Part shown: positions 38,305 through 53,100 of the stretch, in pieces | How positions within the stretch are numbered: the first letter of the stretch is position 1 | Layout: every line of letters begins with the position of its first letter | DNA from: Camelus dromedarius | Lineage: Eukaryota | Reading direction: 5' to 3' | Length of the DNA: 64,000 nt | Assembly (NCBI RefSeq): GCF_036321535.1 | Contig: NC_087436.1 | Coordinates: forward strand, 3,720,001 to 3,784,000 | Notes under the pieces: model-generated | Database searches by the model: none | What the model was told of the DNA's origin: nothing | The model's input: the letters and a program-made list of their open reading frames with translations, nothing else | Program-made: the position numbers and the translations under genes

Positions 38305-41160
38305 CCTAGTGCCGGTTTGAATTTCCTGCAGTTTTCACTGTAAAACCGAGTTGGAGCTAGTACCTCCCCATATATATGTATGGAGTAGAGTTTGCAACTG
38401 AAAAGAAACTTTGTGTTCCCAACAAGCTAGGTGAAGGACGGCTTTCACACACACTTATCTCTCAGAACTGAGCATGTGGAGAGACGTACGTTCATCTAGC
38501 ACCAAGGGAACGGTTTGCAGGAGAAACTTTTACTCTGGTTTCTCAGTCTGTTTCCTACAGCCGGTTTGATGTTCCTGCAGTTTACACTGTAAAACAGAGT
38601 TGGAGCTAATACCTCCCCATATATATCTGTAGAGTGGAGTTTGCAAGTGAAAATTAGCTTTCTGTTCCCAACAAGCTAGGTGAAGGACGGCTTTCACACC
38701 CACTTATCTCTCAGAACTGAGCATGTGGAAAGACGTTCGTTCATCTAGCTCAAAGGGAACGGGTTGCAGGGAAACTTTTACTCTGATTTCTCAGTCTGTT
38801 TCCTAGTGCCGGTTTGAAGTTCCTGCAGTTTTCACTGTAAAACCGATTTGGAGCTTGTACCTCCCCATATATATGTATGGAGTGGAGTTTGCAAATGAAA
38901 AGAAACTTTGTGTTCCCAACAAGCTAGGTGAAGGACGGCTTTCACTCACACATATCTCTTCAGAACTGAGCATGTGGAGAGACGTTCGTTCATCTAGCAC
39001 AAAGGGAACGGTTTGCAGGAGAAATTTTTACTCAGGTTTCTCTGTCTGTTTCCTAATGTCGGTTTGAAGTTCCTGCAGTTTTCACTGTAAAACTTAGTTG
39101 GAGCTAGTAATTTTCCATATAAATATATGGATTTGAGTTTGCAACTGAAAAGAATCTTTGTGTTCCCAACAAGCTAGGTGAAGGACGGCTTTCACACACA
39201 CTTATCTTTCAGAACTGAGCATGTGGAGAGACGTTCATTCATCTAGCAAATAGGGAACGGTTTGCAGTGGAAACTTTTACTCTGGATTCTCAGTCTGTTT
39301 CCTAGTTCCGGTTTGATGTTCCTGCAGTTTTAACTGTAAAACCGAGTTGGTGCTAGTACCTCCTCATATAATTCTATGGAATGGAGTATGCAACTGAAAA
39401 GAAACTTTGTGTTCCCAACAAGCTAGGTGAAGGACGGCTTTCACACACACTTATCTCTCAGAACTGTGCATGTGGAGAGACGTTCGTTCAACTAGCACAA
39501 AGGGAACGGGTTGCAGACGAAACATTTACTCTGGTTTCTCAGTCTGTTTCCTAGGCCCGGTTTGAAGTTACTGCAGTTTTCACTGTAAACCGAGTTGGAG
39601 CTATTTCCTCCCCATATATATGTATGGAGTGATGTTTGCATCTGAAAAGAAACTTTGTGTTCCCAACAAGCTAGGTGAAGGACGGCTTTCACACACACTT
39701 ATCTCTCAGAACTGAGCATGTGGAGAGACGATCGTTCATCTAGCACAAAGGGAACGGGTTGCAGGAGAAACTTTTACTCTGGTTTCTCAGTCTGTTTCCT
39801 AGGCCCAGTTTGAAGTTCCTGCAGTTTTCAATGATATCCGAGTTGGAGCTAGTTCCTCCCCATATATATGTATGGAGTGGAGTTTGCAACTGTAAAGAAA
39901 CTTTGTGTTCCCAACAAGCAAGTTTAAGTACGGCTTTCACACACACTTATATCTTAGAACTGAGCATGTGGAGAGACGTTCGTTCATCTAGCTCAAAGGG
40001 AACGTGTTGCAGGAGAAACTTTTACTCTGTTTTCTCAATATTTTTCCTAGTGCCGGGTTGAAGTTCCTGCAGTTTTCACTGTAAAACCGAGTTGGTTCTA
40101 GTACCTCCCCATATATATGTATGGAGTGGAGTTTGCAAATGAAAAGAAAGTTTTTGTTCCCAACAAGCTAGGTGAAGGACGGCTTTCACACACACATATC
40201 TCTCAGAACTGAGCATGTGGAGAGACGATCGTTCATCTAGCACAAAGGGAACGGTTTGCAAGAGAAATTTTTACTCTGGTTTCTCTGTCTGTTTCCTACT
40301 GTCGGTTTGAAGTTCCTGCAGTTTTCACTGTAAAACTTAGATGGAGCTAGTACCTCCCCATATATATATATGGAGAGAATTTGCAAGTGAAAAAATCTTT
40401 GTGTTCCCAAAATGTTAGGTGAAGGACGGCTTTCACACACACTTATCTCTCAGAACTGAGCATTTGGAGAGACGTTCGTTCATCTAGCACAAAGGGAACG
40501 GGTTGCAGGGGAAACTTTTACTCTGGTTTCTCAGTCTGTTTCCTGTTGCCGGTTTGATGTTCCTGCAGTTTTCACTGTAAAACCGAGTTGGTTCTAGTAC
40601 CTCCCCATATATATGTATGGAGTGGAGTTTGCATGAGAAAAGAAACTTTGTGTTCCCAACAAGCTTGGTGAAGTACGGCTTTCACACACACTTATCTCTT
40701 AGAAATGAGCATGTGGAGAGACGTTCGTTCATCTAGCACAAAGGGAACGTGTTGCAGGAGAAACTTTTACTCTGGTTTCTCGGTCTGTTTCCTAGTTCCG
40801 GTTTCAAGTTCCTGCAGTTTTCACTGTAAAACCGAGTTGGAGCTAGTACCTCCCCATATATATGTATGGAGTGGTGTTTGCAACTGAAAAGAAACTTTGT
40901 GTACCCAACAAGCTAGGTGAAGGACGGCTTTCACACAAACTTTTCTCTCAGAACTGACCCTGTGGAGAGACGTTCGTTCATCTAGCACAAAGGGAACGGG
41001 TTGCAGGAGAAACTATTACTCTGGTTTCTCAGCCTGTTTCCTATGCCCAGTTTGAAGTTCCTGCAGTTTTCTCTGTAAACCGAGTTGGAGCTAGTTCCTC
41101 CCCATATATATGTATGGATTTGAGTTTGCAACTGAAAAGAAACTTTGTGTTCCCAACAAG
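38305..41160. repeat. Second HOR family (K), 12-monomer form
   Basis: A distinct ordered subtype set (cctacagcc/aaattagct, ttttccatataaatat, cctcatataattct, tcaatgatatccg, cccaaaatgttagg, gaccctgtgg) recurs at ~50.2k and ~59.9k. Confidence 0.88.
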
Positions 41161-44115
41161 CAAGGTGAAGGACGGCTTTCACACACACTTATCTCTCAGA
41201 ACTGAGCATGTGGAGAGACGTACGTTCATCTAGCACAAAGGGAACGGGTTGCAGGAGAAACTTTTACTCTGGTTTCTCAGTGTGTTTCCTAGAGCCGGTT
41301 GGAAGTTAGTGCACTTTTCAGTGTAAAACCGAGTTGGAGCTTGTACCTCCCCATATATATGTATGGAGTGGAGTTTGCAAGTGAAAAGAAACTTTGTGTT
41401 CAAAACAAGCTACGTGAAGCACGGCTTTCACACACAATTATCTCTCAGAACTGAGCATGTGGAGAGACGTTCTTTCATCTAGCAGAAAGGGAACGGGTTG
41501 CAGGAGAAACTTTTCCTCTGGTTTCTCAGTCTGTTTCCTAGTGCCGGTTTGAAGTTCCTGCAATTTTCACTGTAAAACCGAGTTGGAGCTAGTACCTCCC
41601 CATATATATGTATGGAGTGGTGTTTGCAACTGAAAAGAAACTTTGTGTTCCCAACAAGATAGGTGAAGGGCGGCTTTCACACCCACTTATCTCTCAGAAC
41701 TGAGCATGTGGAGAGACGTTCGTTCATCTAGCAGAAAGGGAAGAGTTTGCAGGAGAACATTTTACTCTGTTTTCTCAGTCTTTTTCCTACTGCCGGGTTG
41801 ATGTTCCTGCAGTTTTCACTGTAAAAAAGTGTTGGAGCTATTACCTCCCCATATATATGTATGGAGTGGTGTTTGCAACTGAAAAGATACTTTGTGTTCC
41901 CAACAAGCTAGGTGAAGGACGGCTTTCACACACAATTATCTCTCAGAACTGAGCATGAGGAGAGACGTTCTTTCATCTAGCACAAAGGGAACGGGTTGCA
42001 GGAGAAACTTTTCCTCTGGTTTCTCAGTCTGTTTCCTAGTGCCGGTTTGAAGTTCCTGCAATTTTCACTGTAAAACCGAGTTGGAACTAGTACCTCCCCA
42101 TATATATGTATGGAGTGGTGTTTGCAACTGAAAAGAAACTTTGTGTTCCCAACAAGCCAGGTGAAGTGCGGCTTTCACACCCACTTATCTCTCAGAACTG
42201 AGCATGTGGAGAGACGTTCGTTCATCTAGCACAAAGGGAAGAGTTTGCAGGAGAAACTTTTACTCTGGTTTCTCAGTCTTTTTCCTACTGCCGGGTTGAT
42301 GTTCCTGCAGTTTTCACTGTAAAAAAGAGTTGGAGCTATTACCTCCCCATATATATGTATGGAGTGGTGTTTGCAACTGAAAAGATACTTTGTGTTCCCA
42401 ACAAGCTAGGTGAAGGACGGCTTTCACACACACATATCTCTCAGAACAGAGCATCTGGGGAGACGTTCGTTCATCTAGCACAAAGGGAACGGGTTGCAGG
42501 TGAAACTTTTATTCTGGTTTCTCAGTCTGTTTCCTAGTGCCGGTTTGAAGTTCCTGCAGTTTTCACTGTAAAACCGAGTTGGAGCTAGTACCTCCCCTTA
42601 TATATGTATGAAGTGGTGTTTGCAAGTGAAAAGAAACTTTGTGTTCCCAACAAGCTAGGTGAAGGACGGCTTTCACACACACTTATCTCACAGAACTAAG
42701 CATGTGGAGAGACGTTCGTTAATCTAGCAAAAAGGGAATGTTTTGCAGGAGAAACTTTTTCTCTGGTTTCTCAGTCTTTTTCCTAGTGCCTGATTGAAGT
42801 TCCTGCAGTTTTCCCTGTAAAACCGAGTTGGAGCTAGTACCTCCCCTTATATATGTATGGAGTGGAATTTGCAAGTGAAAAGAAACTTTGTGTTTCCAAC
42901 AAGAAATGTGAAGTACGGATTTCACACACACTTATCTCTCAGAACTGAGCATGTGGAGAGACGTTCGTTCATCTAGCACAAAGGGAACGGGTTGCAGGAG
43001 AAACTTTTACTCTGGTTTCTCAGTCTGTTTCCTAGTGCCGGTTTGAAGTTCCTGCAGTTTTCACTGTAAAAACTAGTTGGAGCTAGTACCTCCCCCTATA
43101 TATGTATGGAGTGGAGTTTGCAAATGAAAAGAAACTTTGTGTTCCCAACAACATAGGTGAAGGACGGCTTTCACACACTAATATCTCTCAGAACTGAGCA
43201 TGTGGAGAGACGTTCGTTCATCTAGCACAAATGGAAAGGGTTGCAGGAGAAACTTTTACACTGGTTTCTCACTCAGTTTCCTAGTGCCGGTTTGAAGTTC
43301 CTCCAGTTTTCACTGTAAAACAGAGTTGGAGCTAGTACCTCCCCTTATATATGTATGGAGTGGTGTTTGCAACTAAAAAGATACTTTGTGTTCCCAACAA
43401 GCTAGTTAAAGGACGGCTTTCACCCACACATATATCTCAGAACTGAGCATGTGGAGAGACGTTCGTTCATCTAGCACAAATGGAACTGGTTGCAGGAGAT
43501 AACTTTTACTCTGGTTTCTCAGTCTGTTTCCTAGTGCCGGTTTGAAGTTCCTGCAGTTTTCACTGTAAAACCGAGTTGGAGCTAGTACATCCCCTTAAAT
43601 ATGTATGGAGTGGTGTTTGCAAGTGAACAGAAACTTTGTTTTCCCAAAAAGCTAGGTGAAGGACGGCTTTCACACACACTTATCACTCAGAACTGAGCAT
43701 GTGCAGAGACGTTCGTTCATCTAGCACAAAAGGAACGGGTTGCAGGAGAAAATTTTACTCTGGTTTCTCAGTATGTTTCCTAGTGCCGGTTTGAAGTTCC
43801 TGCAGTTTACACTGTAAAACGCAGTTGGAGATATTACCTCCCCATATATATGTATGGAGTGGAGTTTGCAAGTGAAAAGAAACTTTGTGTTCCCAACAAG
43901 CTAGGTGAAGGACGGCTTTCACACACAATTATCTCTCAGAATGAGCATGTGGAGAGACGTTCGTTCATCTAGCACAAATGGAACGGGTTGCAGGGGAAAC
44001 TTTTCCTCTGGTTTCTCAGTCTGTTTCCTAGTGCCGGTTTGATGTTCCTGCAGTTTTCACTGTAAAACCGAGTTGGAGCTAGTACCTCCCCATATATATG
44101 TATGGAGTGGAGATT

Positions 44116-47100
44116 GCAACTGAAAAGAAACTTTGTGTTCCCAACAAGCTAGGTGAAGGACGGCTTTCACACACACTTATCTCTCAGAACTGAGCATGTG
44201 GAGAGACGTTCGTTCATCTAGCACAAAGGGAAAGGGTTGCAGCAGAAACTTTTTCTCTGTTTTCTCAGTCTTTTTCCTAGTGCCGGTTTGAAGTTCCTGC
44301 AGTTTTCACTGTAAAACCGAGTTGGAGCTAGTACCTCCCCATATATATGTATGGAGTGGAATTTGCAAGTGAAAAGGAATTTTGTGTTCCCAACAAGCTA
44401 GGTGAAGGACGGTTTCACACACACTTACCTCTCAGAACTGAGCATGTGGAGAGACGTTCGTTCATCTAGCACAAAGGGAACGGGATGCAGGAGAAACATT
44501 TACTCAGGTTTCTCAGTCTGTTTCCTAGTGCCGGTTTGAAGTTCCTGCAGTTCTCACTGTAAAACCGAGTTAGAGCTTGTACCTCCCCATATATATGTAT
44601 GGAGTGGTGTTTGCAACTAAAAAGAATCTTGGTGTTCCCAACAAGCTAGTTGAAGGACGGCTTTCACACACACATATCTCTCAGAACTGAGCATGTGGAG
44701 AAACGTTCGTTCATCTAGCACAAACGGAAAGGTTTGCAGCAGAAACTTATACCATGGTTTCTCAGTCTTTTTCCTAGTGCCGGTTTGAATTTCCTGCAGT
44801 TTTCACTGTAAAACCGAGTTGGAGCTAGTACCTCCCCATATATATGTATGGAGTGGAATTGGCAACTGAAAAGAAACTTTGCGTTCCCAACAAGCTAGGT
44901 GAAGGACGGCTTTCACACACACTTATCTCTCAGAACTGAGCATGTGGAGAGACGTTCGTTCATCTAGCACAAATGGAACGGGTTGAAGGAGAAACTTTTA
45001 CTCTGGATTCTCAGTCTGTTTCCTAGTGCCGGTATGAAGTTCCTAAAACTTTCACTGTAAAACAGAGTTGGAGCTAGAACCTCCACATATATAGGTATGG
45101 AGTGGAGTTTGCAACTGAAAAGAAACATTGTGTTCCCAACAAGCTAGGTGAAGGACGGCTTTCACACACACTTATCTCTCAGAACTGAGCATGTGGAGAG
45201 ACGTTCGTTCATCTAGCACAAAAGGAAAGGTTTGCAGCAGAAACTTTTACTCTGGTTTCTCAGTCTGTTTCCTAGTGCCGGTTTGAAGTTCCTGCAGTTT
45301 TCATTGTAAAACAGATTTGGAGCTAGGACCTCCCATTATATATGTATGGAGTGGAGTTTGCAACTGAAAAGAAACTTTGTGTTCCCAACAAGCAAGGTGA
45401 AAGACGGCTTTCACTCACACTTAACTCTCAGAACTGAGCATGTGGTGAGACGTTCGTTCATCTACCACAAAGGGAACGGGTTGCAGGGGAAACTTTTTCT
45501 CTGGACTCTCAGTCTGTTTCCTAGTGCCGGTTTGAAGTTCCTGAAGTTTTCACTGAAAAACCGAGTTGGATCTAGTACCTCGCCATATATATGTATGGAG
45601 TGGAGTTTGCAAGTGAAAAGAAACTTTGTGTTCCCAACAAGCTAGGTGAAGGACGGCTTCCACACACACTTATCTCTCAGAACTGAGCATGTGGAGAGAC
45701 GTTCGTTCATCTAGCACAAAGGGAACGGTTTGCAGGAGAAACTTTTACTCTGGTTTCTCAGTCTGTTTCCTAGTGCCGGTTTGAATTTCCTGCAGTTTTC
45801 ACTGTAAAACCGAGTTGGAGCTAGTACCTCCCCATATATATGTATGGAGTGGAATTGGAAACTGAAAAGAAACTTTGCGTTCCCAACAAGCTAGGTGAAG
45901 GACGGCTTTCACACACACTTATCTCTCAGAACTGAGCATGTGGAGAGACGTTCGTTCATCTAGCACAAATGGAACGGGTTGAAGGAGAAAGTTTTACTCT
46001 GGTTTCTCAGTCTGTTTCCTAGTGCCGGTATGAAGTTCCTGAAACTTTCAGTGTAAAACCGAGTTGGAGCTAAAACCTCCACATATATAGGTATGGATTG
46101 GAGTTTGCAACTGAAAGGAAACTTTGTGTTCCCAACAAGCTAGGTGAAGGACGGCTTTCACACACACTTATCTCTCAGAACTGAGTATGTGGAGAGACTT
46201 TCATTCATCTATCACAAAGGGAATGGATTGCAGGAGAAAATTTACTCTGGTTTCTCAGAGTGTTTCCTAGTGCCTGTTGGGAGATCCTGCAGTTTTCACT
46301 GTAAAACCGAGTTGGAGCTAGTACCTCCCCATATATATTTATGGAGTGGGGTTTGCAAGTGAAAACAAACTTTGTGTTCCCAAAAAGCAAGGTGAAGGAC
46401 GGCTTTCACACACACTTATCTCTCAGAACTGAGCATGTGGAGGGACTTTCGTTCATCTAGCACAAAGGGAACGGGTTGCAGGGGAAACTTTTACTCTGGT
46501 TTCTCAGTCTGTTTCCTAGTGCCGTTTTAAAGTTCCTGCAGTTTCACTGTAAAACAGAGTTGGAGCTAGTACCTACCCATATATATGTATGGAGTGGAGT
46601 TTACAACTGAAAAGAAACTTTGTGTTCCCTACAAGCTAGGTGAATGACGGCTTTCACACCCACTTATCTCTCAGAACTGAGCATGTGTAGAGACGTTCGT
46701 TCATCTAGCACAAAGGAACGGTTTGCAGGAGAAACATTTACTCTGGTTTCTGAGTCTGTTTCCTAGTGCCGGTTTGAAGTTACTGCAGTTTTCACTGTAA
46801 AACCGTGTTGGAGCTAGTACCTCCCCATATATATGTATGGAGTGGAGTTTGCAACTGAAAAGAAACTTTGTGTTCCCAACAAGCTAGGTGAAGGACGGCT
46901 TTCACACACACTTATCTCTCAGAACTGAGCATGTGGAGAGACGTTCGTTCATCTAGCACAAAGGGAACGGTTTGCAGGAGAAACTTTTACTCTGGTTTCT
47001 CAGTCTGTTTCCTAGAGCCGGTTGGATGTTCCTACATTTTTCCGTGTAAAACCGAGTTGGAGCTAGTATCTCCCCATATATATGTATGGAGTGGAGTTTG

Positions 47101-50100
47101 CAAGTGAAAAGAATCTTTGTGTTCCCAACAAGCTAGGTGAAGGACGGGTTTCACACACACATATCTCTCAGAAATGAGCATGTGGAGAGACATTCTTTCA
47201 TCTAGCACAAAGGGAACGGGTGGCAGGAGAAACTTTTCCTCTGGTTTCTCAGTCTGTTTCCAAGTGCCTGTTTGAAGTTCCTGCAGTTTTCACTGTAAAA
47301 CCGAGTTGGAGCTTGTACCTCCCCATATATATGTATGGAGTGGATTTGGCAACTGAAAAGAAACTTTGTGTTCCCAACAAGCAAGGTGAAGGACGGCATT
47401 CACACACACTTATCTCTCAGAACTGAGCATGTGGAGAGACGTTCGTTCATCTAGCACAAAGGGAACGGGTTGCAGGAGAAACTTTTACTCTGGTTTCTCA
47501 GTGTGTTTCCTAGAGCCTGTTGGAAGTTAGTGCACTTTTCAGTGTAAAACCGAGTTGGAGCTAGTACCTCCCCATATATATGTATGGAGTGGAGTTTGCA
47601 AGTGAAAAGAAACTTTGTGTTCCCAACAAGCTACGTGAAGCACGGCTTTCACACACACTTATCTCACAGAACTGAGCATGTGGAGAGACGTTCGTTCATC
47701 TAGCACAAAGGGAACGTTTTGCAGGAGAAACTTTTTCTCTGGTTTCTCAGTCTTTTTCCTAGTGCCTGATTGAAGTTCCTGCAGTTTTCCCTGTAAAACC
47801 GAGATGGAGCTAGTACCTCCCCTTATATATGTATGGAGTGGAATTTGCAAGTGAAAAGAAACTTTGTGTTCCCAACAAGAAATATGAAGTACGGATTTCA
47901 CACACACTTATCTCTCAGAACTGAGCATGTGGAGAGACGTTCGTTCATCTAGCACAAAGGGAACGGGTTGCAGGAGAAACTTTTACTCTGGTTTCTCAGT
48001 CTGTTTCCTAGTGCTGGTTTGAAGTTCCTGCAGTTTTCACTGTAAAAACTAGTTGGAGCTAGTACCTCCCCCTATATATGTATGGAGTGGAGTTTGCAAA
48101 TGAAAAGAAACTTGGTGTTCCCAACAACATAGGTGAAGGACGGCTTTCACACACTAATAACTCTCAGAACTGAGCATGTGGAGAGACGTTCGTTCATCTA
48201 GCACAAATGGAACGGGTTGCAGGAGAAACTTTTACACTGGTTTCTCACTCAGTTTCCTAGTGCCGGTTTGAAGTTCCTCCAGTTTTCACTGTAAAACAGA
48301 GTTGGAGCTAGTACCTCCCCTTATATATGTATGGAGTGGTGTTTGCAACTAAAAAGATACTTTGTGTTCCCAACAAGCTAGTTAAAGGACGGCTTTCACC
48401 CACACATATATCTCAGAACTGAGCATGTGGAGAGACGTTCGTTCATCTAGCACAAATGGAACCGGTTGCAGGAGATAACTTTTACTCTGGTTTCTCAGTC
48501 TGTTTCCTAGTGCCGGTTTGAAGTTCCTGCAGTTTTCACTGTAAAACCGAGTTGGAGCTAGTACATCCCCTTAAATATGTATGGAGTGGTGTTTGCAAGT
48601 GAACAGAAACTTTGTTTTCCCAAAAAGCTAGGTGAAGGACGGCTTTCACACACACTTATCACTCAGAACTGAGCATGTGCAGAGACGTTCGTTCATCTAG
48701 CACAAAAGGAACGGGTTGCAGGAGAAAATTTTACTCTGGTTTCTCAGTATGTTTCCTAGTGCCGGTTTGAAGTTCCTGCAGTTTACACTGTAAAACGCAG
48801 TTGGAGATATTACCTCCCCATATATATGTATGGAGTGGAGTTTGCAAGTGAAAAGAAACTTTGTGTTCCCAACAAGCTAGGTGAAGGACGGCTTTCACAC
48901 ACACTTATCTCTCAGAACTGAGCATGTGGAGAGACGTTCGTTCATCTAGCACAAAGGGAAAGGGTTGCAGCAGAAACTTTAACTCTGCTTTCTCAGTCTG
49001 TTTCCTATTGCCGGTTTGAAGTTTCTGCAGTTTGCACAGTAAACCCGAGTTGGAGCTAGTACCTCGCCATATATATGTATGGAGAGGAGTTTGCAAGTGA
49101 AAAGAATGTTTGTGTTCCCAACAAGCTACGTGAAGGACGGTTTTCACACACACTTATCTCTCAGAACTGAGCATGTGGAGAGACGTTCGTTCATCTAGCA
49201 CAAAGGGAAAGGGTTGCAGCAGAAACTTTTACTCTGTTTTCTCAGTCTTTTTCCTAGTGCCGGTTTGAAGTTCCTGCAGTTTTCACTGTAAAACCGAGTT
49301 GGAGCTAGTACCTCCCCATATATATGTATGGAGTGGAATTTGCAAGTGAAAAGGAATTTTGTGTTCCCAACAAGCTAGGTGAAGGACGGTTTCACACACA
49401 CTTATCTCTCAGAAATGAGCATTTGGAGAGACGTTCGTTCATCTAGCACAAAGGGAACGGGTTGCAGGAGAAACTTTTACTCTTGTTTCTCAGTCTGTTT
49501 CCTAGTGCCGGTTTGAAGTTCCTGAAGTTTTCACTGTAAAACCGAGTTGGAGCTAGTACCTCCCCATATATATGTATGGAGTGGAGTTTGCATCTGAAAA
49601 GTAACTTTGTGTTTCCAACAAGCTAGGTGAAGGACGGCATTCACACACACTTATCTCTCAGAACTGAGCATGTGGAGAGACGTTCGTTCATCTAGCACAA
49701 AGGGAACGGGATGCAGGAGAAACATTTACTCAGGTTTCTCAGTCTGTTTCCTAGTGCCGGTTTGAAGTTCCTGCAGTTTTCACTGTAAAACCGAGTTAGA
49801 GCTTGTACCTCCCCATATATATGTATGGAGTGGTGTTTGCAACTAAAAAGAATCTTGGTGTTCCCAACAAGCTAGTTGAAGGACGGCTTTCACACACACA
49901 TATCTCTCAGAACTGAGCATGTGGAGAAACGTTCGTTCATCTAGCACAAACGGAAAGGGTTGCAGCAGAAACTTATACCATGGTTTCTCAGTCTTTTTCC
50001 TAGTGCCGGTTTGAATTTCCTGCAGTTTTCACTGTAAAACCGAGTTGGAGCTAGTACCTCCCCATATATATGTATGGAGTGGAATTGGCAACTGAAAAGA

Positions 50101-53100
50101 AACTTTGCGTTCCCAACAAGCTAGGTGAAGTACGGCTTTCACACACACTTATCTCTCAGAACTGAGCATGTGGAGAGACGTACGTTCATCTAGCACCAAG
50201 GGAACGGTTTGCAGGAGAAACTTTTACTCTGGTTTCTCAGTCTGTTTCCTACAGCCGGTTTGATGTTCCTGCAGTTTACACTGTAAAACAGAGTTGGAGC
50301 TAATACCTCCCCATATATATCTATAGAGTGGAGTTTGCAAGTGAAAATTAGCTTTCTGTTCCCAACAAGCTAGGTGAAGGACGGCTTTCACACCCACTTA
50401 TCTCTCAGAACTGAGCATGTGGAAAGACGTTCGTTCATCTAGCTCAAAGGGAACGGGTTGCAGGGAAACTTTTACTCTGATTTCTCAGTCTGTTTCCTAG
50501 TGCCGGTTTGAAGTTCCTGCAGTTTTCACTGTAAAACCGATTTGGAGCTTGTACCTCCCCATATATTTGTATGGAGTGGAGTTTGCAAATGAAAAGAAAC
50601 TTTGTGTTCCCAACAAGCTAGGTGAAGGACGGCTTTCACTCACACATATCTCTTCAGAACTGAGCATGTGGAGAGACGTTCGTTCATCTAGCACAAAGGG
50701 AACGGTTTGCAGGAGAAATTTTTACTCTGGTTTCTCTGTCTGTTTCCTAATGTCGGTTTGAAGTTCCTGCACTTTTCACTGTAAAACTTAGTTGGAGCTA
50801 GTACTTTTCCATATAAATATATGGATTTGAGTTTGCAACTGAAAAGAATCTTTGTGTTCCCAACAAGCTAGGTGAAGGACGGCTTTCACACACACTTATC
50901 TTTCAGAACTGAGCATGTGGAGAGACGTTCATTCATCTAGCAAATAGGGAACGGTTTGCAGGGGAAACTTTTACTCTGGATTCTCAGTCTGTTTCCTAGT
51001 TCCGGTTTGATGTTCCTGCAGTTTTAACTGTAAAACCGTGTTGGTGCTAGTACTTCCTCATATAATTCTATGGAATGGAGTATGCAACTGAAAAGAAACT
51101 TTGTGTTCCCAACAAGCTAGGTGAAGGACGGCTTTCACACACACTTATCTCTCAGAACTGTGCATGTGGAGAGACGTTCGTTCAACTAGCACAAAGGGAA
51201 CGGGTTGCAGACGAAACATTTACTCTGGTTTCTCAGTCTGTTTCCTAGGCCCGGTTTGAAGTTACTGCAGTTTTCACTGTAAACCGAGTTGGAGCTATTT
51301 CCTCCCCATATATATGTATGGAGTGATGTTTGCATCTGAAAAGAAACTTTGTGTTCCCAACAAGCTAGGTGAAGGACGGCTTTCACACACACTTATCTCT
51401 CAGAACTGAGCATGTGGAGAGACGATCGTTCATCTAGCACAAAGGGAACGGGTTGCAGGAGAAACTTTTACTCTGGTTTCTCAGTCTGTTTCCTAGGCCC
51501 AGTTTGAAGTTCCTGCAGTTTTCAATGATATCCGAGTTGGAGCTAGTTCCTCCCCATATATATGTATGGAGTGGAGTTTGCAACTGTAAAGAAACTTTGT
51601 GTTCCCAACAAGCAAGTTTAAGTACGGCTTTCACACACACTTATATCTTAGAACTGAGCATGTGGAGAGACGTTCGTTCATCTAGCACAAAGGGAACGGT
51701 TTGCAAGAGAAATTTTTACTCTGGTTTCTCTGTCTGTTTCCTACTGTCGGTTTGAAGTTCCTGCAGTTTTCACTGTAAAACTTAGATGGAGCTAGTACCT
51801 CCCCATATATATATATGGAGAGAATTTGCAAGTGAAAAAATCTTTGTGTTCCCAAAATGTTAGGTGAAGGACGGCTTTCACACACACTTATCTCTCAGAA
51901 CTGAGCATTTGGAGAGACGTTCGTTCATCTAGCACAAAGGGAACGGGTTGCAGGGGAAACTTTTACTCTGGTTTCTCAGTCTGTTTCCTGTTGCCGGTTT
52001 AATGTTCCTGCAGTTTTCACTGTAAAACCGAGTTGGTTCTAGTACCTCCCCATATATATGTATGGAGTGGAGTTTGCATGAGAAAAGAAACTTTGTGTTC
52101 CCAACAAGCTTGGTGAAGTACGGCTTTCACACACACTTATCTCTTAGAAATGAGCATGTGGAGAGACGTTCGTTCATCTAGCACAAAGGGAACGTGTTGC
52201 AGGAGAAACTTTTACTCTGGTTTCTCGGTCTGTTTCCTAGTTCCGGTTTCAAGTTCCTGCAGTTTTCACTGTAAAACCGAGTTGGAGCTAGTACCTCCCC
52301 ATATATATGTATGGAGTGGTGTTTGCAACTGAAAAGAAACTTTGTGTACCCAACAAGCTAGGTGAAGGACGGCTTTCACACAAACTTTTCTCTCAGAACT
52401 GACCCTGTGGAGAGACGTTCGTTCATCTAGCACAAAGGGAACGGGTTGCAGGAGAAACTTTTACTCTGGTTTCTCAGCCTGTTTCCTATGCCCAGTTTGA
52501 AGTTCCTGCAGTTTTCTCTGTAAACCGAGTTGGAGCTAGTTCCTCCCCATATATATGTATGGATTTGAGTTTGCAACTGAAAAGAAACTTTGTGTTCCCA
52601 ACAAGCTAAGTGAAGGACGGCTTTCACACACACTTATCTCTCAGAACTGAGCATGTGGAGAGACGTTCGTTCATCTAGCACAAATGGAACGGGTTGCAGG
52701 AGAAACTTTTACTCCGGTTTCTCAGTCTGTTTCCTAGTGCCGGTTTGAATTTCCTGCAGTTTTCACTGTAAAACCGAGTTGTAGCTAGTACCTCCCCATA
52801 TATATGTTCGGAGTGGAATTTGCAACTGAAAAGAAACTTTGTGTTCCCAACAAGCTAGGTGAAGGACGGCTTTCACACACACTTATCTCTCAGAACTGAG
52901 CATGTGGAGAGACGTACGTTCATCTAGCACCAAGGGAACGGTTTGCAGGAGAAACTTTTACTCTGGTTTCTCAGTCTGTTTCCTACAGCCGGTTTGATGT
53001 TCCTGCAGTTTACACTGTAAAACAGAGTTGGAGCTAATACCTCCCCATATAAATCTATAGAGTGGAGTTTGCAAGTGAAAATTAGCTTTCTGTTCCCAAC

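Noticed and set aside
35071..44772. A third copy of the 39-mer (J-to-J distance 9702 bp)
   Set aside because: The length matches but the subtype content and order differ, so it is not a copy of the 9701-bp unit.
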